This document shows, in pieces, positions 36,436-53,756 of a stretch of DNA of 64,000 nt. The translations under genes and the position numbers were made by a program. The first letter of the stretch is position 1; each line of letters opens with the position of its first letter. The DNA is from Perkinsus chesapeaki ATCC PRA-425 (lineage: Eukaryota; Protista; Perkinsozoa). Where the stretch lies: the NCBI GenBank assembly GCA_013115145.1, contig JAAPAO010000105.1, positions 1 to 64,000 of the forward strand, in the 5' to 3' direction. The notes under the pieces were generated by a model. The model was not told where the DNA came from. It saw nothing but the letters and a program-made list of their open reading frames with translations, and did not search any database.

Positions 36436-38209
36436 CAGTACGCGTCATCTACAACGCGCGCTTCTTGACAACTCGGTCATTCACTAAGTACAACGAGTTT
36501 TCGATTAATTCCTTCACTGTATACCTTAGAAATACCCCTAGTTATGTAATCCAAGTTGCCGAGTCCAAACTCTCGAAATACTTGTTATGCATATTTTCGA
36601 CCCTCTGCGCGCATTTTCATGCACCGTGCGCGCGGTATCACCGGCATTCAAGCACCCAAGCGATGCAACCCAACATAAGTACATCTGTTATACTGCAACA
36701 TCATACGAATTATCCATGCCAGTCTACTCTAGCCATCCCATTGACGAGTTCTTGCCCCCCTCGCAGAGCTCGAATGGTACCACTGGTGGTAGTGCATCCG
36801 ATGCGGAGAAAGACATAAGCTATTATCATAAGTCCACGGCCAAACCCTCCAAACGACGTAGCTCTGCTCGCCTTAAGCCCAGTACACCTACTGAGAAAGA
36901 CCTTGAGCATGTCCACAACTACAATACTCGTCTCAAGCCCAATACCCCTGCACAAAAGCGCGCCTTTAACCGCAAGGACAAACCTAAACCGAAGGTGAAG
37001 AGACAGAGGTCTGTGTTGATGCCCAGGAAGAATTCTCGCCCACCTAGCAAGGCCGAGCAGTGCTTGCGCTTACAGAAGAAACAGGTGCGTGAGCAGGGGT
37101 TCGAGACCCTCTGGGAGACCTTGAAAGCTAGTAACCCTCTCGAGAGCATGTCGCTCATCATGAAGAAGCGTCTAGCTGTCCACATTACTCTGACCCAGCT
37201 GTACGGTTATTCTGGCTGGGCATGCCGTAAAGACATAGAGGAGTTTGTGGCTGATATGCTCGAAGTAAGCCCACCCTCTGTCGCCAAGTGGTGTCGTGAA
37301 TTTGAGCTCAACTTATCCCTAGAAGAAGACCGTCGTGGGAAGCACCCCAAGGTCAGAAGCCCAATATTTGACACGGAGTTCCAGCCCTTCCGGGACAGGC
37401 TTCGGGACCAGGTTCGTGAGAAGTCCATCGGGAAAGACGGGAACCCGAATATGACACTGCCTCTAAAAAGCAGGATGCGCTTGTGGAAATGCTTTCGGAG
37501 TGCGACGACTTTGCCAGTCAACAAACTCTTCTTCAAGAACAGGCTCTAGAGCGTGGAGATCGGGTTATCTACGGAGTAAAATTCCATCCAGAATTGGCTC
37601 CCATAGAAGCTGCCTACCGGTCCATCGCTAAAGCAATGAGGGTATCGAACTCCGCCAAATCTACTGCAGGATTCAAAGAAAGGGTTGAAGGCAACCAGCA
37701 GCCACCGGATCTGACGTTAGAATTGATACGGAAACACTTTCGCTCAGCAAGGGAGTATCTGCGGTACTACGCGGAAGGCTTCACTATGCAGGAGATCGAG
37801 GAGTTGCGAAAATCCCGAAGAAAGCACCGTGGTCCAGCTCCAGTACTCGGCATAGGACAAGGAGCTGCAAAGGGTGGCACTTACGATCGCCATAGACTGA
37901 ATTAAACTATAATGGATTTTCTGTTATTTCTACTATTTCTTTCTCGTGATATTAGAAGCGTCTTCCTCATCACCTGTCTTGTGTTTTCTGTCATTCCTGC
38001 TGGTTAATGGACCGCGCACGGTGCATGAAAATGCGCGCAGAGGGTCGAAAATATGCATAACAAGTATTTCGAGAGTTTGGACTCGGCAACTTGGATTACA
38101 TAACTAGGGGTATTTCTAAGGTATACAGTGAAGGAATTAATCGAAAACTCGTTGTACTTAGTGAATGACCGAGTTGTCAAGAAGCGCGCGTTCTAGATGA
38201 CGCGTACTG
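36436..38209 (+). mobile_element. IS630-Tc1-mariner superfamily DNA transposon, 1774 bp, internally deleted
   Basis: TIRs of about 197 bp (36436-36632 and 38013-38209) begin CAGTACGCGTCATCT, with one mismatch noticed. TA lies on both sides (36434-35, 38210-11). Confidence 0.93.
36717..37905 (+). pseudogene. transposase remnant: N-terminal HTH region frameshifted to the C-terminal end of the DDE domain
   Basis: ORF1 has an HTH-like VADMLEVSPPSVAKWCREF. ORF2 has DDFASQQTLLQE...KFHPELAPIE...IRKHFRSAREYLRYY. No region carrying the first two catalytic Asp is visible between them. Confidence 0.8.
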
Positions 38210-38374
38210 TAACAACTCAATTAGCGCTCGTCCCTAACACGCGACATACCCCTCAAAGATAGACCCACAACCGTAAACGACAAGCAGTCAAACGGGAATG
38301 TTAAAACACTATTAGGAAATACCGACCTCATCATCTCTTTGCACCGCTCGGTAGTAGCGAGCCGCTACTCAAGA

Positions 38375-38686
38375 CTACTGGTCCAGATCGGACAAGTTCT
38401 TGAGACAGTTTAAATCCTCCTTAAGCTTCTTCTTGAACTGAACCTCCCTTAGCTTCCTTCGCTGGCGACCACTAGTTGGCCTGGATTTATTGGTGCCATG
38501 GAAATATAGCACGAGCTGCCTGAAGTTCCGCATTCGCCGAAACAAGGAAAAAAATCCTTGGATCAGGATGACAGCAAGTGCGCCAATCAAATGTCGTGAA
38601 TGAAGAGTGAGTAGTGGTCTACTACTTACTACTACTGGAGCTCCGTACCGATAAACGCTTCTACCCAGATGGCTCAACCTCACCAT
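38375..38686 (-). CDS. small hypothetical protein (basic, one hydrophobic segment)
   Basis: 103-aa ORF starting at ATG with protein-like composition. No domain recognised. Confidence 0.3.
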   Translation of the reverse strand: MVRLSHLGRSVYRYGAPVVVSSRPLLTLHSRHLIGALAVILIQGFFSLFRRMRNFRQLVLYFHGTNKSRPTSGRQRRKLREVQFKKKLKEDLNCLKNLSDLDQ

Positions 38687-38909
38687 AAGCCCTGCAGCGT
38701 AGTTGATAAGGTCAGGTGAAAGCGGAGCTAGTACAACTCGAGTCTGCCGTGCTGTACCCCGTGAACCGACAAGAAGCCTTACTCACGCCTCGTGGTCGAC
38801 AAGCTGGAGACATGTCGTACTCATGACGACTCGTAGATGAGTTACTCATCATGTATCATCAGCATTGTACTCATCATGAGTACAATACTTCCCACAGAAT
38901 ACTAGCCTG

Positions 38910-39760
38910 TAGCTTCGGCCCCCCGTTCAGTGGGGCCCGCTGGCAAGGAGGAGGAAAGTCGGAGGTCCATCACAGGAGGCAAATGAAGAGGAACGAAGTA
39001 ATGAGGAGGCATCACCGAAGGGGAGATGCCATCTCCGAGATGGAGGCTGCCCTCGATGGGGTAACTCTGTCGGCTTACGCAGCAGAGTTCATACCGAGAC
39101 GGGCCGATAAAGCGAGTTATGATAACTTTTGTTATCATTATCTTGGCCCCCATAGAGGCTAACCGACGATCTATCACCAATGGTATCGATACGAAAAGGC
39201 CAACTGCAGGAGGGCGATGGTATTAGCTTATCCCCCTCCATCAGCCGACCTTTAAGGACATTCATCAACTCGTCTTCGATGAGGTAATCAAAGCACCGAA
39301 GTGTATCAACCTCCTACCTACCCCAAAACTTTCTGGCCATAAGTCCCGTATAAAATGGTAAGGGAACCCAGCTTACAAGTCCCAATCTGCCGGGAAAGCC
39401 GAACAGATATTCTCACACATTATGGGCCACACTGTAATCCCATGCAGAAAAGATGTTACCCGTCCGGTACTTACTAGCTCGCCAGGTGAACCTACTCACA
39501 GGGATCACTAATGCTAACGTATGAAGCGACTACATAAGCATCATCAGTAAGTTAGAACAAAATCCCGTTATTATTTTTCACCCACAGGAGCCTATAGTTA
39601 CTTAAATAAAGAGACTATGCGTGGGCGGGGCATCTTTCAATTACGGTAGCATCATATAAACAAAGCAAAGGTTAATGTTGTTGAATTATGTGTAAGATTA
39701 CCATTGAACTATTATCAGCCATACATGCACTGAAGGAAACCTTGAAGGAACTATCGCTAC
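38910..39760 (+). CDS. hypothetical multi-exon protein with a PAM2-like motif
   Basis: Exon encodes TLSAYAAEFIPRR (39064-39102) and is followed by GT-AG bounded blocks. Ends approximate. Confidence 0.35.
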
Positions 39761-40086
39761 AACTAACGGCTTGGCTCGTTCAACGACCGAAGTTGATATC
39801 GTTATGGCGACACCATGTCACATAAGACAGCAACTCACCACTCTTAAGCTCAAGGAGTAAGCCCACAGCAATGGCACCAGTCGGTACCAGACCGACATTA
39901 AATGATAACCTCACAGTGCGGGATATCGTGAAAGACCTGCTCACCGCTTCCCCCGAGGCCCTTCCCTCTTCAACCACGTTAAACTTATGGTGAATACTGA
40001 ACACAATTGTTATCACGTCGTACAGCATCATCAACATTCTAACATGAACATAAACATCATCATCATAAACAACATCATCACCATGT

Positions 40087-41037
40087 TCATTTCCGATCTA
40101 ACTTCATCAGTTTCTTAACCTTCTCCCTCTCCTCCTCCTCCATTTTTCTCCTAACTTCTGCCCACACTTCCTCCCTAGTAGTCTCTCGGAGGCTCAAGGC
40201 TTTCAAAACGGATTCAATATCGCCCTGGTGCTTCGAGTAAAACTCACCCACCCAAAGGATTCCCTTTGTAAAACCCTCTGGCGGATTACTCGCGATGAAC
40301 TTGAACAGAGCCATGCATCAGAATTCACTAGAATTTTTCTTCATTTCCTGCAACACCATCTTTGGAACATGTCCACCGAAATGATAAAATGGCCAAACAC
40401 GATCCCATGGACTCCTCGATGGCCGGTACGCCCCCTTCCTCGTAGCTAAGTTTCCACTGTAGAGACATGTATCCAGCGGCGTACCTAATAATGAGGACTG
40501 AAGGGTGCCCGGATATCCTAGACTCACTCTGTTTTAAAGAACACAGCACTATCCTCCACCCCTTTCAGAAACCCGCTTGCGTGGTTCAGCATCTCATGGT
40601 CTTCTACCCGTACATGGACTTCTAATTCCAACCCTTGCCCTTTGAACAAACATTTTCCATCACCCTTTTTGCTAACCCTCCCTGGTACCTGAGTCGATGC
40701 CAGCTCAATCTTCTGCAAAGCATATCACACTTCCCAGAAACTCGCCTCAGCATCATCATCTATCTTCAAGTTTGCAACTGGTGCCACTCTGGAGAACTTC
40801 TGATGATGGCCCTCCTTCACCTTCTTAGATCCGCTAGATAAGTTAGCTACTTCCTTGGTGATTCCCTTAAGTAATGTCTGATGATTACATTACCTTCTAA
40901 ATGTACGAAGCTCGGCTTACCTTGATTTCCGTAACATCTGTCTCCAGTGCATCGAGCCGCCTATCAACGCTACCAACAGCTTCTTGCAGCAGGATAAAGC
41001 AGCGCAGAATAAGGACGGCTACCTTAAGGATGGCCAT
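40087..41037 (-). pseudogene. secreted/surface protein family member (signal peptide plus coiled coil) with an in-frame TGA
   Basis: MAILKVAVLILRCFILLQEAVGSVDRRLDALETDVTEIK|...SPWDRVWPFYHFGG...SSEF*CMALFKFIASNPPEG...KLDRK*. The stop at 40318-40320 is in frame with both flanks. Confidence 0.6.
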
Positions 41038-41399
41038 TCAGCTTTATGTATCTAACTCTCAACTGCCGGCACGGTGCTACAAGCAATGTTACAAGAGCTG
41101 GGGTTCTCTCCCACCTTCACTTGGAAAATTTTTCTGCCCAAATACTGATGGTTTCGCCCGTATTGGAAATCGATTATTTTGGAACATCACCGTGCTCGAT
41201 TTCCTTTGCACCTCTCGATCGCCGATCTATCGCATCTCTCGGCATGATAAGATCACAACGAGCAGGTATGTGATGTTTACTCCCCCTCCCCATCCCGGCG
41301 TCCCTCCCCGTTATATAAACTAAAGCCCATCAAAGCCACGCAGTAACGAAACCTGTTGCTCGTGGTCGTCTTTGTCTCTGTTGGCAGCAATAATAGTAT

Positions 41400-44489
<3,090 letters not shown>

Positions 44490-44631
44490 AGTTGAGAAAA
44501 TTTACACTCTGTCTTATTTTCATACCGACTTTTCCGCAAAACACAGAACTTTGAAGCAACACCCTACGGTGGCAAGAAAAGCAATATCAGAAATGCTTCA
44601 CCATGGTCATTAGAATATACGTCTTGCTTTA

Positions 44632-46268
<1,637 letters not shown>

Positions 46269-46724
46269 TTAAACAAGGCAAACTCTAAAACCGAACAGGA
46301 TGTCTTCTGCCCCCACAAAAATGTGCGCCTCGAGGATCTATCACAAAGGAGCGGAGCTGAAATGAAGTTGAACAGAATGCTGATTTTCCCGCTGGCTTCC
46401 AGATGTCAGTTAGTAATACCCTTGAACTCTGAGATACAGCAAACGTCCAATGACATCATAGAGCATAGAGACTTCGAACGCACCCTCAACTCAATCCCAA
46501 ACAGATTTGCTTTTCTTGACAGAGTCATCGTTATTTGGGGAAGTGGTGTAAACGTACAAGCTCAGCGTAGTGGTATACAGTGGCATCTACTACTGAGACT
46601 AAGAAACTAGTTATCGTATATCGGACAAGTCGTCATCCAAGAGCTCAGTCATCCAAGCTCACAACATTCTCATCGCCCGTCGGACTGGTCTCTACTGAAG
46701 GACTAGCTGCACCATTGGATACAC

Positions 46725-49700
46725 CTAATCGACATCATTCATATCTTGCATTGTCGACATCAAGATACTACCATCAGTAGAAGGAGCAGAGTCAGGTGGT
46801 GGTGGCACGTCACTCGGTGGCTTGTCTTCTTCACTTTCACTTTCCTCACCCTCCAACTGACAACGACAGGGATTCGTCCAATCTCACGGAGACAACCTTC
46901 GAAGCTCAATAAGCATTTCAGGTATGCCATTCCTAGGTATAAAGCCGAAGAGATTCTCAGTAAAAAAAATTCGGTAACATTTTGGATCTTTTTCCAAAAA
47001 ATACTGAAATAAATTCCACTCGAAAATCTCGGCCCAGTAGCCGAAGCCTAAGCTTTCCCGAGCCTTACATCCTCATCAGGAAGGACCTCCCACCGGCCTT
47101 GCTCATCTAACCTCATCCGCTTGTTGAATGCTTCCTCCTCTTCAGAAGGCGCTGATACAAAATACTAAAATTCTATCAGATAAGCGCGTCAGTATCGCCG
47201 CTACCAGTATCGGCATTAGCTCGAGCGTCCTTCAGTGCTTCCAGAGCGAACTTGTCCAATACTAACTGATTCGGTCGGCAGGGTTTAGCACAAATCGGAC
47301 ATTGCCACCTAACGTCTAACATCACACCCCTTCCCCACCAAGCCTATGCTACCGTTTATCAACATTGGCAGTGAGCTTATTAATATTTATATATGCTTTG
47401 GCATCGAACGTCTGTAAATGCTCGCAGTTGCACCCTAAGACAGGAGAGCTAAGACGAATGCAGGCGTAGCTATGCTACCTCTGGCGGGAAGGTCTATCTC
47501 ACACAACGAGATCGGGCATCTAGTCTGAAGAATGTCATGAACTGCCCGAGTATCGATCTAGGGAAGAAGCCAATACTACAGCTACGAATTAGCATTTATT
47601 ACTTGTAGATCATCGTCCTGTAATTCACGCGCCCTCTTCCGTCCAAGCCTGAGAATAGGTATAAATCATGCCCGTCTGACCACATAGAGTTTCAGAACTG
47701 GAATGGCTATTTCAAGAGCAGGTTCGCCAGGACCATTTTTTCGGGCATGGCGGTGACTCCTTCATCAGAGTCTAGCCACAAAATCTAGGTGCCTGCTGAA
47801 CCAAGCCCCCACATAACGCAGACCGCTGAACTCGATCAGGCTGGAGGTGAATCAGGTCGAAGAGGATATATTCTGAATTCTAATGATTTATCCATGATTA
47901 CTGCCACCTACGAGTGTACGTGCAACCATATATATAGGAGGCTCCAAGGATATCGTCTGCTGGAGATGATTAATAAGCATATCATATCGAGTCGGTATTA
48001 ATATGTTTAATAAAATAGAATTCATAATGTATTTGTAATATCCCTGTAACTTATCGAATATCGTATTCTAGGATGACATTTCCCCTTAGCCCACGAAAAA
48101 CTCCCTAACCTCGCTGATGAACCCATTTTCCCCGCCGAGCTGGGCTCTGCTCTTGATGTTGAGGAATGTCTGTGTACGTTAGAGAAGACCGTTTCGCAGA
48201 TGTTGTTGTACTTGGGATGCGCATCCATTCACACGGTCATCACCGCTCTCCCAAGTGAGGCCCTCTAGGCACCTAGTTAGCCGCATTTCGTCAAGCAAGC
48301 TGCAAAATTGCGTGCAGAATGCGGCTTTTGATACTCACTGAGTATCACCCAATCAGCCGCATTCGTTGTTGTAGCCAGTTTCATCTTGCTGGTTACTTAA
48401 CTCCCAGACGACCGTCATCAGGCCGTTTTCGACTGATTTCCCGCCATAAAAAATGTGGCGGTCCACCATGTGGCGTAGGATAGTGGCTCCTCGGACATAA
48501 TCCGAGTTATGGCTCGAGCCACGGCGTTGGGCTGCCCGAGACTTGATTCGCCGGATGGGGGTCCCCAACGACCAATGGTCGACAACCATCAGCTGGGTTC
48601 GTAACGATCAGAGGATTGAATCGGAAATATCAGACATCACAATTGGTATCGTTGAAAAAAAGGTTAATACACTTTTGAGGTCAAACTTCTTCAAAATTTT
48701 CTAAGGAACCCAAGCAGTTCCTATCCGGCTCACACCGAAGTTCGGTGACCGAACTTCCCATTATTATCGTTATTACATTACAATATCCAAATCCTGTCTT
48801 CTGCATTTCTCCAAGGAGGGCTGAACTATATTTCTTAGTAAGTCCTCTGGTGAAACTTGTTTAGTAACAACAACGCCGAAGAAAAACCTGACAGCTAAAC
48901 GATACCTACCAATCCCACAAGTAAATAACCAATACCGAGCTTAATACTATATATGGCAATATCTTCACGGGATTCATACGAACCAGTGATTCATCCAACC
49001 TCGAATAGAGATGCGTTCCTCCAAGGCTGTTCCTAGTACCGACTATGACAAAGAACGTAGGCTCCTAGCGGTATAATAATTATCGTAAGCATCCCTTTTC
49101 AGAACACCCGACGGTGCTTCTTCAATTCACCATCATCCCCTCCCCGTCTACTACCTTGGCGGTTGAGATGCAGCCGATTGTGCAGCATGATTTGGGTCAT
49201 ATCCTGTCTTATATGTTATATGAACAACATTGTTGTTCGGTCGCAGGACATCATCAATGTACTTACCTAACCAAACCACCATCTACCGACCCCCGCATCC
49301 CCCTCAAACCTACTCGTCACTTCTCGGCGAACATGACCATATTTCCCCGGAGATATCCGGAAAACATCCCGATAATTATTAACACTCGCCCGGAGCTCCA
49401 ACGGCCACAGTGGCCCCTGGGTCACGTGACTCCTTTTATGTGCAACCGCCACACACCGAACTGCAACGTTGTACTTCCTACAGCAACAAACCTCAGCACA
49501 TTTGCCCGAGACACCTCCACTATTACTTCGCCTGCCAGTCTCTAATTTGATTGCTCGTAACGTTCAACCGCATGCTCAGTGTAGACTCTATTGCGCTTGG
49601 TGCTGTCATATTACGAGCGGTGGCCACAAAGCCCAGGAGCTGAAGAGTAGGACCACATCAAGTCGGACCAACCTTCCAGGATAGACCGAGCAATAATGGT

Positions 49701-51549
49701 CATCAATAGTGTCAAAGAAGGGAGTGCGTCGAGAATTATAATTCTATAAGTAGCATACTGTAGTATATTTGATGATTAAATATTACATATATATGGATAT
49801 TGATAATACTGAATACCATTTAAAGGAACTCTGAAAGGAATACCTCTTGGGCTTTCGGACGACGCACATATCGTCGAAATATTCACCCTCTTGAGAAAGT
49901 TATTCAAAAAAGCATATTTTTTGGGGACACCCTGTATATTGATAATACTGAACTAAGTACCTTACAATATATACTAATGCTAGTATTATTTAGCACTACC
50001 AATACTATTACTAACTGCCCAGTATACGAAACTTAGAAGAGTCTACTAATATTTTCCACAGCCTCTATATCACCATAACGACACCCTCCCGCAGAATCCC
50101 TTTCACTACATCCAGACCAGGCTCGAATGGATCCATGTTCAACATTCGGCAAAATGGACATATAAAATCCGTAGCCTCAGCATCAGCTCGTACACACCTA
50201 ATGAAGGTCAAATAATCCCCCCCCACACACACACACACATCCCCAAGGGACATTACTTGCAGTGGCTTTTCCGACAGCAAGACGCGCAAGTCACAAACTC
50301 GGAGTCGCCGACACCAGCGCCGCCAAAACAAATGCATTTCACCTGGAAATGTTTCGCATCCCCACATTTTCATCTTTCCTACCTGGGCGGTATTACCAAC
50401 TCCAAAAGCAGCCTCCAGTCTAGCAGCTCCCGCTCCACCAGTAGTGGCATTCAACTGCTGTTGTGCAAGAGTAAGGCGACGCTGTCTCCCTGGTGCACTG
50501 GCTGACCCACCACCTAAATGCATTAGACCATCCATCCATATTCCTTAGCCCTTCAAGTGCCACTAAATAGCCAGTTCTCTGCCGCTGTTGAGGGAAGGTC
50601 AGATCCTACCCTCCCTATGCTCCTATCTTCATTACACTATATAATATCAGTTCAACTGGTATACTATCGAATCAGCGACGACGTGCGAAAATTAACAAAC
50701 ATCGCCATGGCAAGTAAGCGTTATGCCTCACCAGCCCCACTGCCATGCAGTCCCTCAACTGTTGATCCTCCTCCTGCTGCTGGACCTCCTTCCAGCTGAG
50801 ATCGGAGCCTCTGTGATTGGTCTTGTTGTTGCTGATACCTTAATGCATCGTTTCTACCCTCCCCAGTGTATTCCTACCTAATTTTAGCTGTAGCCATATC
50901 TTGTTTATATTGTCCACCAATAGCGAATGGTGCCACCCACTTCACACCTCTACCGTGAGGGTATTCAACCTGATGACACTTAATATGATACCCAAAACGT
51001 TATTCGTTTTTCAGCCTAATATACCAGTTCTAACTCAACTACTAAAAATTTCTACAAATCCCCATCTCTCGCGCTTTCGGTAAGACTGCCCAAGACCTTT
51101 CCAATGATTCCTCTTTCCTTTCCAAGGTTAGTGTTGAGCGATTACACTACTATCAATCATATCTATCGATGATACATTTTCCCATCGTTTATGCTATTAA
51201 CCACCAACCACTCATCTACCGTTTCGCCCAACTATTTCCAAGGCAGGCACGATTCAGACGTACAAATTAATACACACCACTACTCATTGACATTCAAACC
51301 CCACCACCTAAGATGTTCGCGGACATGAACTACTATTATCCTTTTCATCGTCGTTTTATTAAAATTTACCAATATCTCGTATAGTCCAAGGTACACCGGT
51401 TTTGCAGTAGTACGACCATAGAAAGCATTTGACAATATCCAGGGTAGATGCGGCAACGGCACGGCAAGTTTGTCTCCCGATATTACCTGGTACCGCTCCT
51501 TCCCATTTTCTATTTTATAGTCTAAGATCCGTACGGTAGAGGAGGACAT
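46725..51549 (-). CDS. SP-RING (zf-MIZ) SUMO E3 ligase, SIZ1/PIAS-like, with an N-terminal chromo-like segment
   Basis: Exons CPISLCEIDLPARG|CNCEHLQTFDAKAYININ..|RWQCPICAKPCRPNQLVLDKF form the SP-RING. Upstream FICPFCRMLNMDPF resembles the SIZ1 region before PINIT. Continuity to the ATG at 51549 is inferred from in-phase splices. Confidence 0.8.
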
Positions 51550-51656
51550 AGGAACGAGGATGGAGGCACAAGATAACTGATAGCTAAGATGGTATACTGC
51601 AACACAACACATATGATCAATAGAAAATACTCAAACTACTCCATGTTACCAGACAC

Positions 51657-51728
51657 GTCATCATATAGCCTAGTGGTAGAATTCATGCTTTGTAATCGCT
51701 CCACCCAGGTTCAATTCCCAAGTATAAC
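51657..51728 (+). pseudogene. degenerate tRNA or tRNA-derived repeat
   Basis: A-box TAGCCTAGTGGTAGAAT and B-box GGTTCAATTCC lie at tRNA spacing, but the stems no longer pair. Confidence 0.55.
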
Positions 51729-52438
51729 AAGGTGAATCATATTAACTTCACAGCCTTCCTCAACCTCATCCATCACAGCCTCGAGTAGCCATCGAAGCAC
51801 CAGAAACTTATAACCCTCAATCCAAACCAACCAGAAGAAGCAACAATACAAGTCGAGACCGTCCATGCTGACAGCCTCAAGACCCGAGGGTGCGCAGCCG
51901 GAAGAATTAAGATATCTTAGGTTAAAATAAAGATACTAGGAGACATCTCTAGAGGCTTATAAAAGAATCAGAAGGGACAGACTGCACAAAGCAAATATTT
52001 AACAGCAACCTTGTATCTGATATAGAAAAGTAGTAGCGAAGGCATTGGTGAAGATTACAACTACGAACTTGCTCTTACACGGTCATTCAATAGTCCAATG
52101 CGTAATGGTTACGAATACCTCTCATTATATATATTAATATATTGATACTCATCCCTGTTATGCGAACCATGGTGATGGCTGTCCTTTACGCACCAATTCG
52201 GGTTCAACATTTCTTAGCATGTGCGTCAACTATTCTGCAATTCATGCAATATAACAATTGAAAGAGCAGGCTCACTAAAACTCCTCGCAACCACAAAATT
52301 GGGCTAGAGAGCTCTAGGCAGCATCCAACCAACAAGAGATACGTCTCCCTATATATTATGCAGTATAAAAGACACATGAAATGCGGTCATCGTCCTCCTC
52401 CTCCTGTCCCGACGCTGCCCTACATCTGGGACTTCCTA

Positions 52439-53398
52439 CTACTGCGCTCCACCGCCTCCACTACTGCTACCACCAAAGAGTAGTGATATAACCTAAGACA
52501 CTTTCAATGGAAAGGATGTCATTAACAAACTTACCGTAGTAACAATCATACAAAACATAACCGTACTTGTCATCGAAAGGCTTGTGATCGAACTAAAGAG
52601 CGGTATGAGCAACTCCGACCCACTCCGACTCACTGGATGAAGACCGTCCACCACAGCAAAGGTGACGTATCGATACACGTCACAGAGGTATTTACCCATG
52701 TCATGCCTGATGATCGATCAACATATCCCGAAAGATAAACCCTACCAGCACATAACCAGCAAAATGAAACCGCCAACAGCAGTACTTCCAGAACAAACGC
52801 CCCTCTGAAAACGAGATAAAAAGGCGGAGCGAAGCGGACAAAATACTACTTGAAACTTTCCTCTTGGGAATAAGAATATACCAGAAATGTCGCTGGCCAG
52901 CCCAGCAAGATTCCAACTAGGCCGAAAGTTGAGCCAGGATACGCACGGCTACTACTACCTATGGCCCAGAGGAGCAGCGGGGCGTCACAGGGAACTCCAA
53001 AGCCTCTGATGGCTGCTATGAGCAATGATCCATCGAACACCGTTAGCCCTGCCATTACACTCGGCAACCACCTATGGGGGAGAGGAGGTAGGATAGTAAG
53101 AACGTGGATATATAAGAAAAGTCAACGATAATACAACTACACAATAGGCTGCTATTACTTCGATAGTTGAACGATCAGAAGTATCTTAAAAGATACCTTA
53201 TCTTCAAGCTAAGATACCTTTGATATTCAGTGTATTAAAGAGATGCTATAAATGCAATGATGAAGCCACCAGAGCTAATAAATAGCCACTTGTGGATAGA
53301 ATGCAAGCGATTAATTCCGCCTTCCTAACTACATGACGAAAACTGTGAACCTACTACCTGACCTGTAGAAACCACCTATTGGGTTCATTCAAGGACAT
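52439..53398 (-). CDS. small multi-pass membrane protein (CxxPLxxW...GxxW...CxxxxPxLW pattern)
   Basis: Spliced MSLNEPNRWFLQ|...WLPSVMAG...CDAPLLLWAI|VGILLGWP...|GMTWVNTSVTCIDTSPLLWWTVFI|...GGGGAQ*. Confidence 0.6.
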
Positions 53399-53756
53399 AT
53401 GCTAAAATGCTGGACCAAGAAATGAAGCACTAGTGGTTCTATTAACTGACTCAGCTATACTAACCTCCAAATGGCACCAACGATTATGAAGGATAAGGTA
53501 TAGGGATCGTTCAATAAACCGATTTTGAAATTCAGAATCGATTCCAGAACTGCTTTTTACAAGTGAAACGCGATGCTGGAATCGATTCTGAATCACAGAA
53601 TTGGTTTAATGAACAATGGGATATATTTATAACTAATATAATCTAATAATCCATATAAAATATAAATTATATATCACTGAGCCTGGATAAATGTCGCCAA
53701 GTAGTAACCCTATATTACTCATAGAACTTCCTGCATCTCCCAGATAGCCTTCTCCC

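Noticed and set aside
36420-36716. ORF starts at 36420 and 36587 as genuine transposase N-termini
   Set aside because: They begin outside or inside the TIR. The ATG at 36717, internal to the TIR boundary, is the more plausible start.
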